Part shown: positions 52,420-64,000 of the stretch, piece after piece
How the letters are laid out: every line of letters begins with the position of its first letter
How positions within the stretch are numbered: the stretch's first letter is position 1
DNA from: Paramecium tetraurelia
Lineage: Eukaryota
Assembly (NCBI GenBank): GCA_000165425.1
Contig: CT868069.1
Span: 1-64,000, forward strand
Reading direction: 5' to 3'
Length of the DNA: 64,000 nucleotides
Notes under the pieces: model-generated
Told to the model about the DNA's origin: nothing
Databases searched by the model: none
The model's input: only the letters and a program-made list of their open reading frames with translations
Translations under genes and position numbers: made by a program

Positions 52420-53311
52420 ATGTAAACAACAACTAAAGCGTAATAGTTTAAAGTAAAAGGGAATGAGGCATTTCAAAGTAAGAATTACCTTGAGGCCATA
52501 TAATTCTACTCTTAAGCAATTGTAAAAGAATAAATTAATATAGGCTGAAGATAATACTGAAAGCATTTTCTTTTCCAATAGATCTAATTGTTACTATCAA
52601 CTAAGGAGATATCAAGAGGCGTGTAATGATGCCACAGAGGCTCTAGAATTAGATGAAAAGAACATCAAGGCTCATATGATCGCTGGTCAATCGATTTGTA
52701 TGCTGGCAAAAGAAAGATAGGAGAGCTCCAAGATTGACACAGGCATTCAAAGAATATTAAAAGGTGATTTAAATTTGTGATTGATAGCTCGAACCTTGTG
52801 TGCAGGTTAAAAGAAATCGGAATATGAGAAGGAAATAGATGAAAAAATTCATAAGGCTAAGAAACTGAAGTGGTTTATTTAGTAGGAAGAGGAGAAAATT
52901 AAAAATTAAGAAATTGTTTAATAGTTATAAGATTTAGTTAAAAGCGATGTTAAATTGACCTAACAAGAAAAATAAATTACTTTAGCCTAAATTGATAAAT
53001 ACATTACAAATGAAAAGCCTAAATTGGAAATCCCAGAATATTTGTAGTGTCATATTTCAAAAAAGCTGTTGATCGATCCTTACACAACAGAAGTAGGGTA
53101 TTCTTATGAAAAAGCACTTCTATTCTCTAAACTCCATCTAAATCAAGATCCATACACTAAGTACATGTCTCATTAAATTAGCAAACCAATCAATCCACAA
53201 ATTATATATCCTAATATAAATTTAAAGCAAGCAGCAAGTGAGTTTCTAGCCTAGAATCCTTGGGCCTATGATTATAATCCAGATTAGAATTATAAGGATA
53301 TTGAGATATGA
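52420..53311 (+). CDS. STUB1: CHIP/STUB1-like TPR + U-box E3 ubiquitin ligase
   Basis: TPRs (KVKGNEAF...FFSNRSNCY...IKAHMIAG); U-box IPEYLQCHISKKLLIDP...GYSYEK...PNINLKQAASEFLAQNPWAYDY. Confidence 0.9.
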
Positions 53312-53394
53312 TTCGATAAGATAATGAGATGATAGAATTTGTAGCTATCTGAATTGTATAAATTTCGAAATAATAATTCATTAATTCTATTAAG

Positions 53395-55998
53395 ATGAGT
53401 ACAATATCAATAAGACTTCCAGATGGCAACATTCACAATGTTGAAACTTAGAGCGGCTAAGCGATAAGCTTAAGAAATTTTTTTTTGAGTACGCACACAA
53501 TTGTTATAATTAGGTTTTGGCCAACATCTACCACCATATGAGGTTTCCTTACTATTAGATGAGAATACCAATTCTTTGGTTAGCAAGAGCGACAAGTATT
53601 TTATTTGTTCTTATAATAGTCTAAAAGCCAATGTGCCATACAAATTAATAGATGGGAGAGAATTGATAAAGTGTTATAATACATTTAAAGATCGGAGCAC
53701 TAAAGGTGATAAACAAATATTGGATTTATAATAAAAGCTGACAGATCTCCAATAAAAATTAAATGAATAATAGCTAGAGATTTCCAGAGAGGAGAAATAA
53801 AAGTTAGAAGATATCTAAAATAAATATAAGGAATTGGAGTCTCAGCTTAATAGCTAGAAAGAATAGAATCTAAAATTATAACAAGAACGTAATTAAGCAA
53901 AGCAGTAATATAAGGATCAAAAATAGAAAGTAGAAAGTCTTGAGAAGTTAATTTATGAAGAAAAAATGTAGTTTGAAAATGAAAAAAAGTAGTTTGAAAT
54001 TGAAAAAAAGTAGATTGAAATTGAAAAAAGTAAGATGGAAGAAGAAAAGAAGCACTTAGAAAAAACAAAAAAAAAATACAAAAAATAGATGAAGGAATTA
54101 TTAGAAGAGAGGAGTAAATTTGAATCAAAAATATCCGGTTTGGAAAAAGATGTCTAATATAAATCAGAAAAGATAACAGAGATAGTCATCCTAATATAGA
54201 AGTTAGAAGATCAGTTAAATAAGTAAAGAGAAGAATACAAAACTTTTTATTAATAGTAATTAAGCAAAGAAGCTGATAGAGTGAAAGAGGCAGAGTTAAG
54301 ACAACGTTAATTAGAGCAGAATTAGGCTCAAATATTGAGATCAACAGGCAACCTTGTTGCATTATAACAAAACTAAGATAATTTTAATTAAGATAATTAA
54401 ATTCAGTAGGATTATATAATTTTAGAATAGAGGATAAGATCTTATGAGGATCAGGTAATACACCTTAACAATTAAATCAATAATTAAGATAATACAATCA
54501 AGGAATTAAATGATAACTCTAAAACATCAAAATCATAAAAAGAAGAGTTAGAACAAAAAGTCTTATAATTAGATAAATAGATTAGTGAATAAGAGATTCG
54601 GTTAAAGAATTTAAATAAATTGATAGACGATGTAGATTCTGAAAACCTCAAAATGTAAGGAAAAGTTGAATAAATTGATATTGAAGTTCAAAATAATTAT
54701 ATGTATCGTTTGAGGAGATTAGTTGAACTGATACCAAGAACTTATAGAGATAAAATTGAGTTTGCTGTGGAGGAATTATTTGAGAAGAAATTATATTAAG
54801 ACAAAGGTCAGGTTACAAATCAATCTTATAAATTTTATGTGTTTGATTATCCTAAAGTTAAACATTTAATTCTTGAAGAAAGTAATCTAGATATTAAACA
54901 ATCAATTATTACATCATATAAATTCAATATTCATGGGTAGTTAACTTCAGAGAAAATAAAACCTAGTAAAGAAAGTCAAGATAATTCTGGATTATTTGAT
55001 TCGCTATAATTGTTTTATACTACATCTATTGACCATCTAAGTGGGGAATTGGTGAAAATTAAAAGCGAGAAGAGTGATAAAATATATGTTATTAAGGACA
55101 CCTATACAACAGAATCATCGAATATAGGATCCTAAGATTATGCACTAGATTAATTGAGTCGATCTATTGTTGCATAGATTATTCTAAATGAATTTTTGGA
55201 GGATTTAAAAAAAAAGAATATCAATGTTCCTTTTAATTTTTAGTTTGCACAACCAGCACTATTTTCGAATTCAGTCCACTTTAAACAGTACTTCTTGTAA
55301 TTAGTTGAAAAACAACCCAAAGAACAATAGACAATGGCCTTTTCATTAATTGTCTAGTTTTTGTAGGAGTTAACAGATGATAATTCAAACGAGTTTTATT
55401 CTTTCATCAGAGAGCAACAACATTTAAAAACAGAATAATAAATAATTGAGCCTGACAAGTAAAATTAAATAGATTTTCTTACAAATTTTAATGCTATGTT
55501 GCTCAATTAAAATTTTTAAAATATTGTCAAAAAGTATAATGAATGTTCTAATGAGGAGAGATTGAAGGCATTTTAATATTTATTGGAGCTACTAACCGAA
55601 ACTTGTGATGATTTTCCACTCGAAAAGGTATCTATATTTGTGATAATAATTAGTACTACTACGGATACGAATTGAAATTGTCAGAACTTTAGGATGCTAA
55701 CGTTTTCAGGAAATACAATGGAGGAACCTTACAATTTGATGCTTCAGAGGAAGGCAAATTTTTATCTGCTCTTTCCTACTATTCTATTAAAAAAACCCAA
55801 AATTAATTCTGCGTATCTCACCTTCAAGGGATTGGAAACTATTTATATGATCCGATGGTATCAAGTTATGATGGTTTTTTGAATTGCTTAGATTAAGGGA
55901 TAAACGAAATGAGAATAATTGAATCTTCATTTGAATCATGTGATCCATAATGTATTGGTTTGAAATACATAGAAGCCTTGGGTATTACTATGTAATGA
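53395..55998 (+). CDS. Beta-grasp-like N-terminus, coiled coil and alpha-kinase-like domain
   Basis: MSTISIRLPDGNIHNVE...; IYVIK; FRKYNGG...LSALSYYSIKKTQNQFCVSHLQGIGNYLYDPMVSS...CLDQGINE. Confidence 0.82.
53960..54030. repeat. 21-nt (heptad) tandem repeat inside the CDS
   Basis: Units of the form GAAAAAAAGTAGTTTGAAATT start at 53960, 53981, 54002 and 54023 (EKMQFEN/EKKQFEI/EKKQIEI). Confidence 0.85.
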
Positions 55999-56178
55999 AT
56001 TAAATGAAAAAGGTGATTATTATATCATATTATAATATTATTAAATTGACTATTCGTTTATTGAATGGTTTTGTATTCTTAAATACAAAATAAATTATTC
56101 GTATTATGAGTAAGAAAGTGAGTCGATTTTGAAATTAAGGTATTGATAAAAATTAAATAATTATATAACAGTTAAATT

Positions 56179-57801
56179 ATGAGTCAAGGGGAGATAATAA
56201 AAAACATGGATAGCGTTTTAAAATAACTAACGAATAATTTCAATGAATTAATAAGTAGGGAATAGTTATTACGATTTCTTGACTAGAGATGCACATAATT
56301 ATTTGACAGAATAATCTTTGAATAATTATATTCGAGAATGCCAAAAGGCATGAATGGATATGTTTCAGTAAATGATTTTAAACAAATCGTGCTGCAAGCT
56401 TATTAAACGTTGACTACTAAAATTGCTCAATCTTCTACTTTAATGGATCAAAAAAGAAAGTAATATTTCTTATGTGATGTAGTGAATTGAATTCAATTTC
56501 ATAAAAATTAAAACAATTAGCGAATACGGAGAGATACAATAATTACAATATTAGTTTACAAAGCACGCTAACGATTTAAATATTAGATGGAATAGTGTAG
56601 TTTCCTGGAAACTCGTTGGTATTTATCAAGATAGGATGTGATGAAATTATTTATCAAACCAAACATGCTAATCGAAATTCGCCTCAATGGGGTGATACAT
56701 TTACCTTCCCCATAAGGACTGGTTAAGAAGAGGTATGGCTTGCAATTTTGGATGAAGAATCAGCCTCAAATAAATAAATAGGAGGGTAAGTTCAATTGCA
56801 ATTGCAGCAATTTTACGATTAAAAAGTTCATGAGGAAGAGCTCAGTCTAATGGATCAACATAACATTTCAAAGGCAGCAGTTGTGAAGGTTACAGTTCAA
56901 TGGATACATTCTTAAGTATTGAAACATTAGTATTTAGACAAAATATTTGGAGTAGGAGATCTTGGAGACTCAATAACAGATGCAAGAACTTAAATTCGAT
57001 ATTGATGAGTATAACAACGATATTAAGGCAATATTCTAACCATTTCAAATAGAAAGTGTTGGAAATCCGATTGAGTAATCAGATTCGATTTAGAAGCACT
57101 AATAAATTGCAAATTAACTATACTCGACTCAATAAAACTATTCAGTAGAGCCTCCTAAACAGAATACTGAAATCACTCCAAACTAATGGTTAAGAATAAG
57201 TTTGATACTAACTCTTATGTTTTTTGTATCAGCTATCGCGGAATCGTTTATAAGAACATAATATTTGGATGTATTAATCAGATTCAATAGATTAGTTTCT
57301 AATTTTATTTTACAGTTTGTGGTTTTATATGAACAATTCTGAATTGCACTCTCTATTACATATAAAAATAATGGCATTTATGTACATTTTGTCAATTGTT
57401 TATGATGGCTTTTGGATGTTTTTTTATTTTAAACCTTACTTAAAAAACGAAGTCAAATTCGATCATCAAGAAGACACATTTCATTAATACACTGTAGTAC
57501 TTTGCATTTTGATTCTCATAGAAAAAGTAAGAATGTCACACCTAAATCATAGCTATTTATTATACTCTCTTATTTTAATCTGTATGTAAAATGTCCAAAT
57601 GCAAGATAGAACATCTTTGATGAGTAATATGAGATTTGTTTTGGATCATATTATCAATAGAAATTGGCAGAAAGTCAGAAGTAAGCTCAATACTCAAGCA
57701 AGGTGATAAGATAAGGCACTCCGAATGTCAAGTACATCTATCCTATGCAATAATAATCACAAAGTCAAAGATAGCGCTATTCTTTGAGATATGTTCAATG
57801 A
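56179..57801 (+). CDS. C2-domain protein with a degenerate EF-hand-like N-terminus and C-terminal TM segments
   Basis: MPKGMNGYVSVNDF (EF-like), LTIQILDG...YQTKHANRNSPQWGDTFTFPI (C2), coiled coil, hydrophobic C-terminal helices. Confidence 0.75.
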
Positions 57802-57876
57802 ACCAATTTTCTGATTTTATCCAAAGATTGCAAGTAAATAATTAAATTATAAATATAATTAAACAATTTTGTGAAG

Positions 57877-58749
57877 TCATTCAACTTAAATGTTGCAATG
57901 ATTATATAGTTTTGCCTTCTCACTTTTGACTCTCCTAAAATAAGTGATTTCCTCCTTCCCTTCGATTCCAATGCAAAACTCAATGTCTCCAACCTTCTTA
58001 ATGACAGAACTAAAAGTGACTACTCTTTTAGGAAGTGGAGCAATTTTTAAGAAATGATGGAACTTATTCTTCTCAACTTGTTTTCCTGTATTAAAAAAAA
58101 AGGTTTCTTGTTCATCGTCGACTTCCGTATGATCTTCCTTAATCAATTCCAATTAGCTGGGTTTTTGAGATTCGATATTGAGTGTGGCCTTTTATTACTA
58201 TGAAAGTCTATGAAGTTTCTCTTCGATTGTTAATGTTTTTTACGCTTGAGATGCTTTTTGATGGGAACGAGTGATAGCAGAGGATTCTGAGTTGACTGCT
58301 TGTGACCTTTTGGTGTATTTAAATTCATTAGGAGTGAGGACTAAAGGATGGCTGATTTTAATTATGGGTTTAGAGGGAGCAGAGTTATCTGATAGAATTC
58401 TCCTCTTTTTAGTTTTATTCTATGAATAAAATTTGGGATCAACTTATATTTATTTAATAGATGGTGTGTTGTGAACTTAATTGGTTTTTGTTCTCAATTT
58501 TGCATTTGATTTGTCTTCTTTGAAATAAGGCTGCTTGGTTAATTCATCTAAATCAAATTGTTCCTGGGCCTATATTGAAAAAACCATGGAAGTAGATTGT
58601 CTACTCTTTTTCGGTACAAATTGACTATATTGTGTATTGTTATTGATTAGTTCTGTTTTGGGATCATTTTTCATGGGTATAGTGGCATTGAAGGAAATGG
58701 TTTCAGTTTAAAATTCATCTTAGGCTTAGGAGAACAATTTTTAATTCAT
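57877..58749 (-). CDS. Uncharacterised protein (290 aa)
   Basis: Intronless 873-nt ORF, MNQKLFSQAQDEF...HCNIQVE*. Confidence 0.75.
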
Positions 58750-58864
58750 AAAAATTAAACACAACAATAATAAATTGATATTGCATTAAAAACATAAAAA
58801 TAGAATGAGATAATTTGTTAGGAGGTCTAAATAATTGTATTTCTTAAAATTATATGATTATGTG

Positions 58865-61800
58865 TCAACCTGTAAATATTCTAGTCATCAGATTACCAGT
58901 TATTATTGGAAATAGCATCACCAACATGTAACCAGCAAACATGATGCAAATGGCCAATAATAAGTATTGTATGGCTTTTGGACCCAATAATTAATTCTAT
59001 TATTTATATTTAATAATTATCTTACAAGCATTTTGATAGGATTCCAAGTCCACTCTATTCTACCCGTAGGCTCAGGACAAACTGGAGAATGATTCGGTTG
59101 AGATCTACCCATACCCACTGGATTCTTGTTGTGAAACTCTTCTGACACTATTTCAATTGAAACCACCAATTTCCCATTCTACTGAGCACTCTTATAGCCT
59201 GCCTTATCAGTATTAATTGTCTGAATCACATTCCTTTCATACAAGATTCCTTTGTTTGTTTTCTTTGTTGAAGCATCCTACTTGAGAATGCCATCAGAAG
59301 GTGGTTCAGTTTAAGAATACAGCTTAATGTTGGTCTCATTCTCAAAGGCCCTTCTACATAAATCAGTGACATCTATAGAACAATCTGAAATGAAATCATC
59401 AGATGTAAATATATCTTTGTCAAAAATCTAGAATGTTAGTACAGTTTATTATTATTAAGGCAATTCTATTGGGAATACCATTCTCCAATTAAATGACCCC
59501 TTTCCATTGAAACTACGAAAATGAGTGTCTGTCTTTTATTTCTGATTTTGATCCACATATCCTACAACATAAAGATCAGAACTTCCTTCATCGTCATGTG
59601 ATGGTACATCTAACACATCCCACACAACGCATCTGATGAAATGTTTTGCCTTGGGTCTTTACTCAATAAACCATGGATTCTTGAGGAGTGATGTTTGTTT
59701 TGAGGGTATTATTTCCAAGAACAAACGAATTTGTCCTTATGGCATTGAGGAACTTGGATGTATCAATTGACGAGTTTCGATAGGTATTTGCTTTAATTGT
59801 CGGAATCTCTATTAAAAGTATCGTTCTTCAATGTCAATCACAGTTTAACCAATCAACTCATCAGGCATGAAATCATCATAGTCCCACACTTGAATTGTTA
59901 ATTCTGATGCTCCTGGTAACTCTGTTGTGATATCATATCTTTTGTAATATTGCGGATTACAATTATCTGTTATCCTATTTTCAACATCATCTATAGCTTC
60001 CTTACCCAACCTTATTTTCAAATATGGATCAGACATTGAATCCTAATCCTTAGGTGGTAAATTGGAGCAATCGATCACATACAATCGAATCGTGACTTAA
60101 TTTTTGACCACCAACTCTTTATCAGTTAAATTGGTATCACTCTTTCCAGATGTAAAATCATACTCATTCTTAATCAACTTAAACTCTGGTTGAGCTTACA
60201 GTTTATCCAAATCTTATTACGAAATCACTTCCACCCATCCCTTCAACTTTCCAGTGCTTTGTTGATTCTCCTTCACTCCCAAAATGATCTCAGCCATACT
60301 CTCCACTTCCCTCAAATTTATACTCCCCTTCCTTAATGGGAATATGTCAAACACCTTCTATTGCATAAATACAGTGTCTTCTAAAGGACAAGGCAAACAT
60401 AAACGATAGTGTACATTTGATTTAACCAATCCCTGTTGTCCTTATTGAGATGATTTTATTTAGAGCTCAACCTAATTTAATGATTTGTTTTGTATTTGTT
60501 AACCTCCAAACTTCTTTCTCTAAACATATAACTAAGATTTCTGAGTTTAAGTATCATAACCTAATGGTAAGTAGAATTTGCTATCTGGTTTCTCCATTTC
60601 GAAAAATGTTCCCTCCTCCTCATTTTTATCATACTCTATATACTTAATGATCTGCTCCATGTGAATTGAGTTGTTCTTCAGAATTCCCAATTAGGTTAGT
60701 AAATGATTGATATCCTCATTGAACTACTCTCCAGAAGCTAATTGCAACAATGCTCCCATCTTGATTCCCACTCCCAAGTCTAAACTTGGCAAATGAATTA
60801 TGTTTTGATCCACTTGAATGGTTCCATTCAAGACTCTCTTGGCTATATCCTTCTTCTCTTCGATTTGTTTCAAAGTCTTTAACTTCTACAGTTTTAAATC
60901 TATTGAAAATTGTCCTATCAGAGGCTACATGATTCCTTTCAGAATATAATCATGGACACTCCCGATGAATTTTGGCATGAACGAATCATCCTCAGGGAGA
61001 TTCACCTCGAGACAAATGATGGATGTTATGTTAGGATTAGGACCAGCATCCTTAGGTTGAGTGATGATCTCATTTCCATTATTTAATGACAAAGGCTCAT
61101 CTTTGGCTCTTATTGATTGTACATTAAATTTAGCAAAGGCTTTTGTGACAGGCAGAGGTCCAAATGACTTGAGATTTCTAAGACCCAGCAACTTAATTTT
61201 AATGAAATGCTTAATTCTAGGAGGACTAATTTAATTCGGAATCTTTATCTAAACATTGTCAACGTAATTGCAAGATAGCAATACCTATCCTGCCTTACTT
61301 CCGTATAGATATACGTCTATCCACTGAGGCTTGGTGATATTGGGTTGATTCTTAGTGATAAATCCTTGCTTCAATCCTTTTTGATAATCTATTGTCAATT
61401 GACCCATAAAATCTCTACTGACTTTGTCTTGATCAAATATCTTCAAAATAATAGGAGGGAACGAATCATTCTCGAATTTATACACTGGCATCTTAAGTTG
61501 AACATTCCAAATAGGGGCAGTGGTGTCATTAATCAGAGCAGTAGTCTGTTTCTAATCATAAAACAGGATGTCGACCACAGGATCAGCTAGACCATCCATA
61601 TCAGTTGGTGCCAGATCATGAGCCTAGAATAAATTGACATACAGATAACTGTTAGCATCTCTTTAAGGTTTGACAACAGGTTGCATCTTGACTTGTCCCC
61701 CTGTAGGTTAGACGAGGAACTTAATCTTAACAATACCAGGATGGTCCATAGGAGTATTTTTGAGAGACTTGTCAGGAATTAGAGTGACTGTGAAAGGATG

Positions 61801-63297
61801 TCCTTCAGGATAGTCAGCACTTGAATTGAGATTGAATGACTTGTATCTCTTAAAACAAATAGGTTTATCTCCATCCATCAGATAAATAAAGACGTCTGGC
61901 AATTCTGCGATATCTTTAGTAGGGAACTTGACGTTGTCAATAGTCAAGTATTTGTAAAATTCAACGACTCCATTTTTGGCTTTTTCAGAACTTGTTTTGC
62001 ACTCATTTTCACCCCATTTGATTTTAATAGAGTACGAATCATCATCTGCAGGTAGATTGAGTGCAAAGTAGACCATACACTGTAATGACCATTAATATGA
62101 TAAATCAGCCCGTATTTTTTCCAGTGTTTTCTAATCGGTTATCTTTTGCTTGTCCTTTTTAGGTTGTTCTGAATCAACCAATTCCATGGCTAATAATATT
62201 CTACCAGCATAACAAGTTCCCAAATCAGGATGACTGCATAAATACACTCTCTATTCTGAATTCGCATCTATGTGTGCTCCATATATATGATACCATTTGG
62301 GTTATTGTAACTTAAAACCAATTAATATATTAGATTACTTAGCCACTTAAAATGTCTGAGATTTTAAATAATTGACTACCGGCTATTTCATCTTTTCCAC
62401 CCATATCATAATCAAACAGTCTCATTATTAAATATTCGCTTTGGCATGGTGTCATCACAGGCAACTGATAAGGAATATTATCAATATGATTACAAATAGA
62501 TTCAATTCCCAAATTGGAGCATTAAGATTTTTAATCAAATCAGTTTGAATTTCTTAACCACCAATTTCAAAAACTACATATGGATCAATGGATCCCAACA
62601 TCGAATCCATCTTCATTAGATTGGTGGCTCTTCCTAAAGTGATTTTCAATTATTGTCCCTTTGTTTGGATATGAGGTGGTAAAAGTAATTCCCCTTCAGC
62701 AAAGAGATTATTTTTAGATTCCTCTATCTTGCCTCTCTCCTTAATTTCATTATCCATCAATAAAGTGGTTTGTTTATCTGACTCATGCACTACGTTGATA
62801 CTGATCTTCAAATATCCAGTGATTTTATTGAAGTCCTTCTCTGGATTGATCAATCCCTAACAATAATAAATTGATGTCCTTACCAACCACTTGTGCAACA
62901 ATACATGATCATCCATCATATAAATAGTTGAGAAATCGAATTCGTAGATCCCAACTACTGCATTCCTTCCAAACACTTTGTGATCTAATACTGAAATTTT
63001 CACATGCTATGATTGAATTTACCAACCATTGGAAAAGGATCTTTTGAAATAGAAATGTTCATTCCAAACTAGAGTGCTGTTTGATCCAGTTCCCTTCTTT
63101 TGAGAACTGAATTTCTTCTAGTCCATGGTTTCAATTTGAATTAATGGATCTATTGTACTCTCATTGTCATTTGGATTTTAGAGTGCTCTTGTCTATTGCA
63201 ACAGGATGTGCACTAAGTACTCCCCTGGTTTAAATTATAAACTTTCCTGTTGGGGTTCAGGCTCTTCTTATTGCAATTAATTTTTTTTATCTGCCAT
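58865..63297 (-). CDS. Ferlin-family multi-C2-domain protein with a C-terminal TM
   Basis: Multiple C2 domains (SDPYLKIRLG, LTIQVWDYDDFMPDELIG, TDTHFRSFNGKGSFNWRMVF); GMGRSQPN plus a terminal TM, typical of ferlins. Confidence 0.93.
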
Positions 63298-63316
63298 ACA
63301 AATTATTAATATTAAA

Positions 63317-64000
63317 TCAAATTTCAATATCCTCTGTGAATTCTTCTGTGCATGATCCACTGACATTGAAATAACTGGTGTGATCTGCAGCAGAGTCACC
63401 AATGATTGAATTGGCACAAGTTGGATCCTCATCAATTCCACCTGAACAAATCTACACATCATATGATAAGCTTTAATTACCTTGTATGACTTGTTGTCAT
63501 GAGCATACCAAACTTCTTGGGGAGGGTGCTTGTAAGAGAATGAAGAGGGTGGCTAATGAATAACCATATCCCTGTAATGAGTCACTCTCCAATGTTCTGT
63601 AGCTCCAACAAAACTAGTAAACCAAACAGCAAACTCATGACTTCCAATACGAGGAGATCCATAAGTAAAGAAATAGTCGACGTTGTATCCGAGTTTCTTC
63701 AAATCAACTGCAGCCAAATAAGCCACTGCACCACCCAAGGAATGGCCAGTCACCAACAATTTCGAAGTGGGATACTTCTCTTTCAAATGTTTTGCAGCAG
63801 CCAACACCTCGGCTGATACGTCATCGTAAGTTTCCCAAAATCCTAAATGAACTTTGCAATTCTTGCAATCTCCAAAATCATGCTTAAAGAACTTGATGTT
63901 ATTGTACCAATTGATAAAGTCCTAAGTACCTAAAATAATGTTATTCACTTCTCATACTTCTGTACACCACAACCACCAAATTTTCCTTCTTGTTATATCC
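63317..64000 (-). CDS. Class 3 lipase (alpha/beta hydrolase), 5' end outside the window
   Basis: KVHLGFW, LLVTGHSLGGAVAYL nucleophile elbow, TYGSPRIG, RVTHYRDMVIH, DHTSYF. Confidence 0.93.

Noticed and set aside
1..64000. Transposons, retained IESs, tRNA/rRNA genes
   Set aside because: I recognised no transposase or RT motifs, terminal repeats, TA-bounded insertions in coding frames, or structured RNA genes by eye. Small ncRNAs or intergenic IESs cannot be excluded.

Overview
This is a gene-dense, very AT-rich eukaryotic window from a ciliate, most likely a Paramecium (aurelia-type) macronuclear chromosome. Genes read open only with genetic code 6 (TAA/TAG=Gln, TGA the sole stop) and carry many ~20-30 nt GT-AG introns, so the supplied standard-code ORF track is mostly fragments and antisense shadows. 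I rebuilt about 40 genes by hand. Recognisable products include RPLP0, RPB6, an RPC4-like subunit, CHIP/STUB1, a GTPBP1/2-like GTPase, an acetyl-CoA transporter, a PUF protein, two HSFs, a CRC/tesmin protein, a ferlin, a class-3 lipase, TauE, two acylated IQ-MORN proteins, and FHA, PX, DOMON, cNMP, dCache and tandem-LC8 proteins. There are also several decayed gene relics and a perfect (ATCTT)89 microsatellite. The most striking signal is a dispersed four-member family sharing a short N-terminal beta-grasp-like domain and a long coiled coil. Three members end in a divergent alpha-kinase-like domain lacking the catalytic DLQG Asp and the zinc ligands, and the fourth has no kinase domain. Coordinates come from manual translation and intron calling; no database searches were run.
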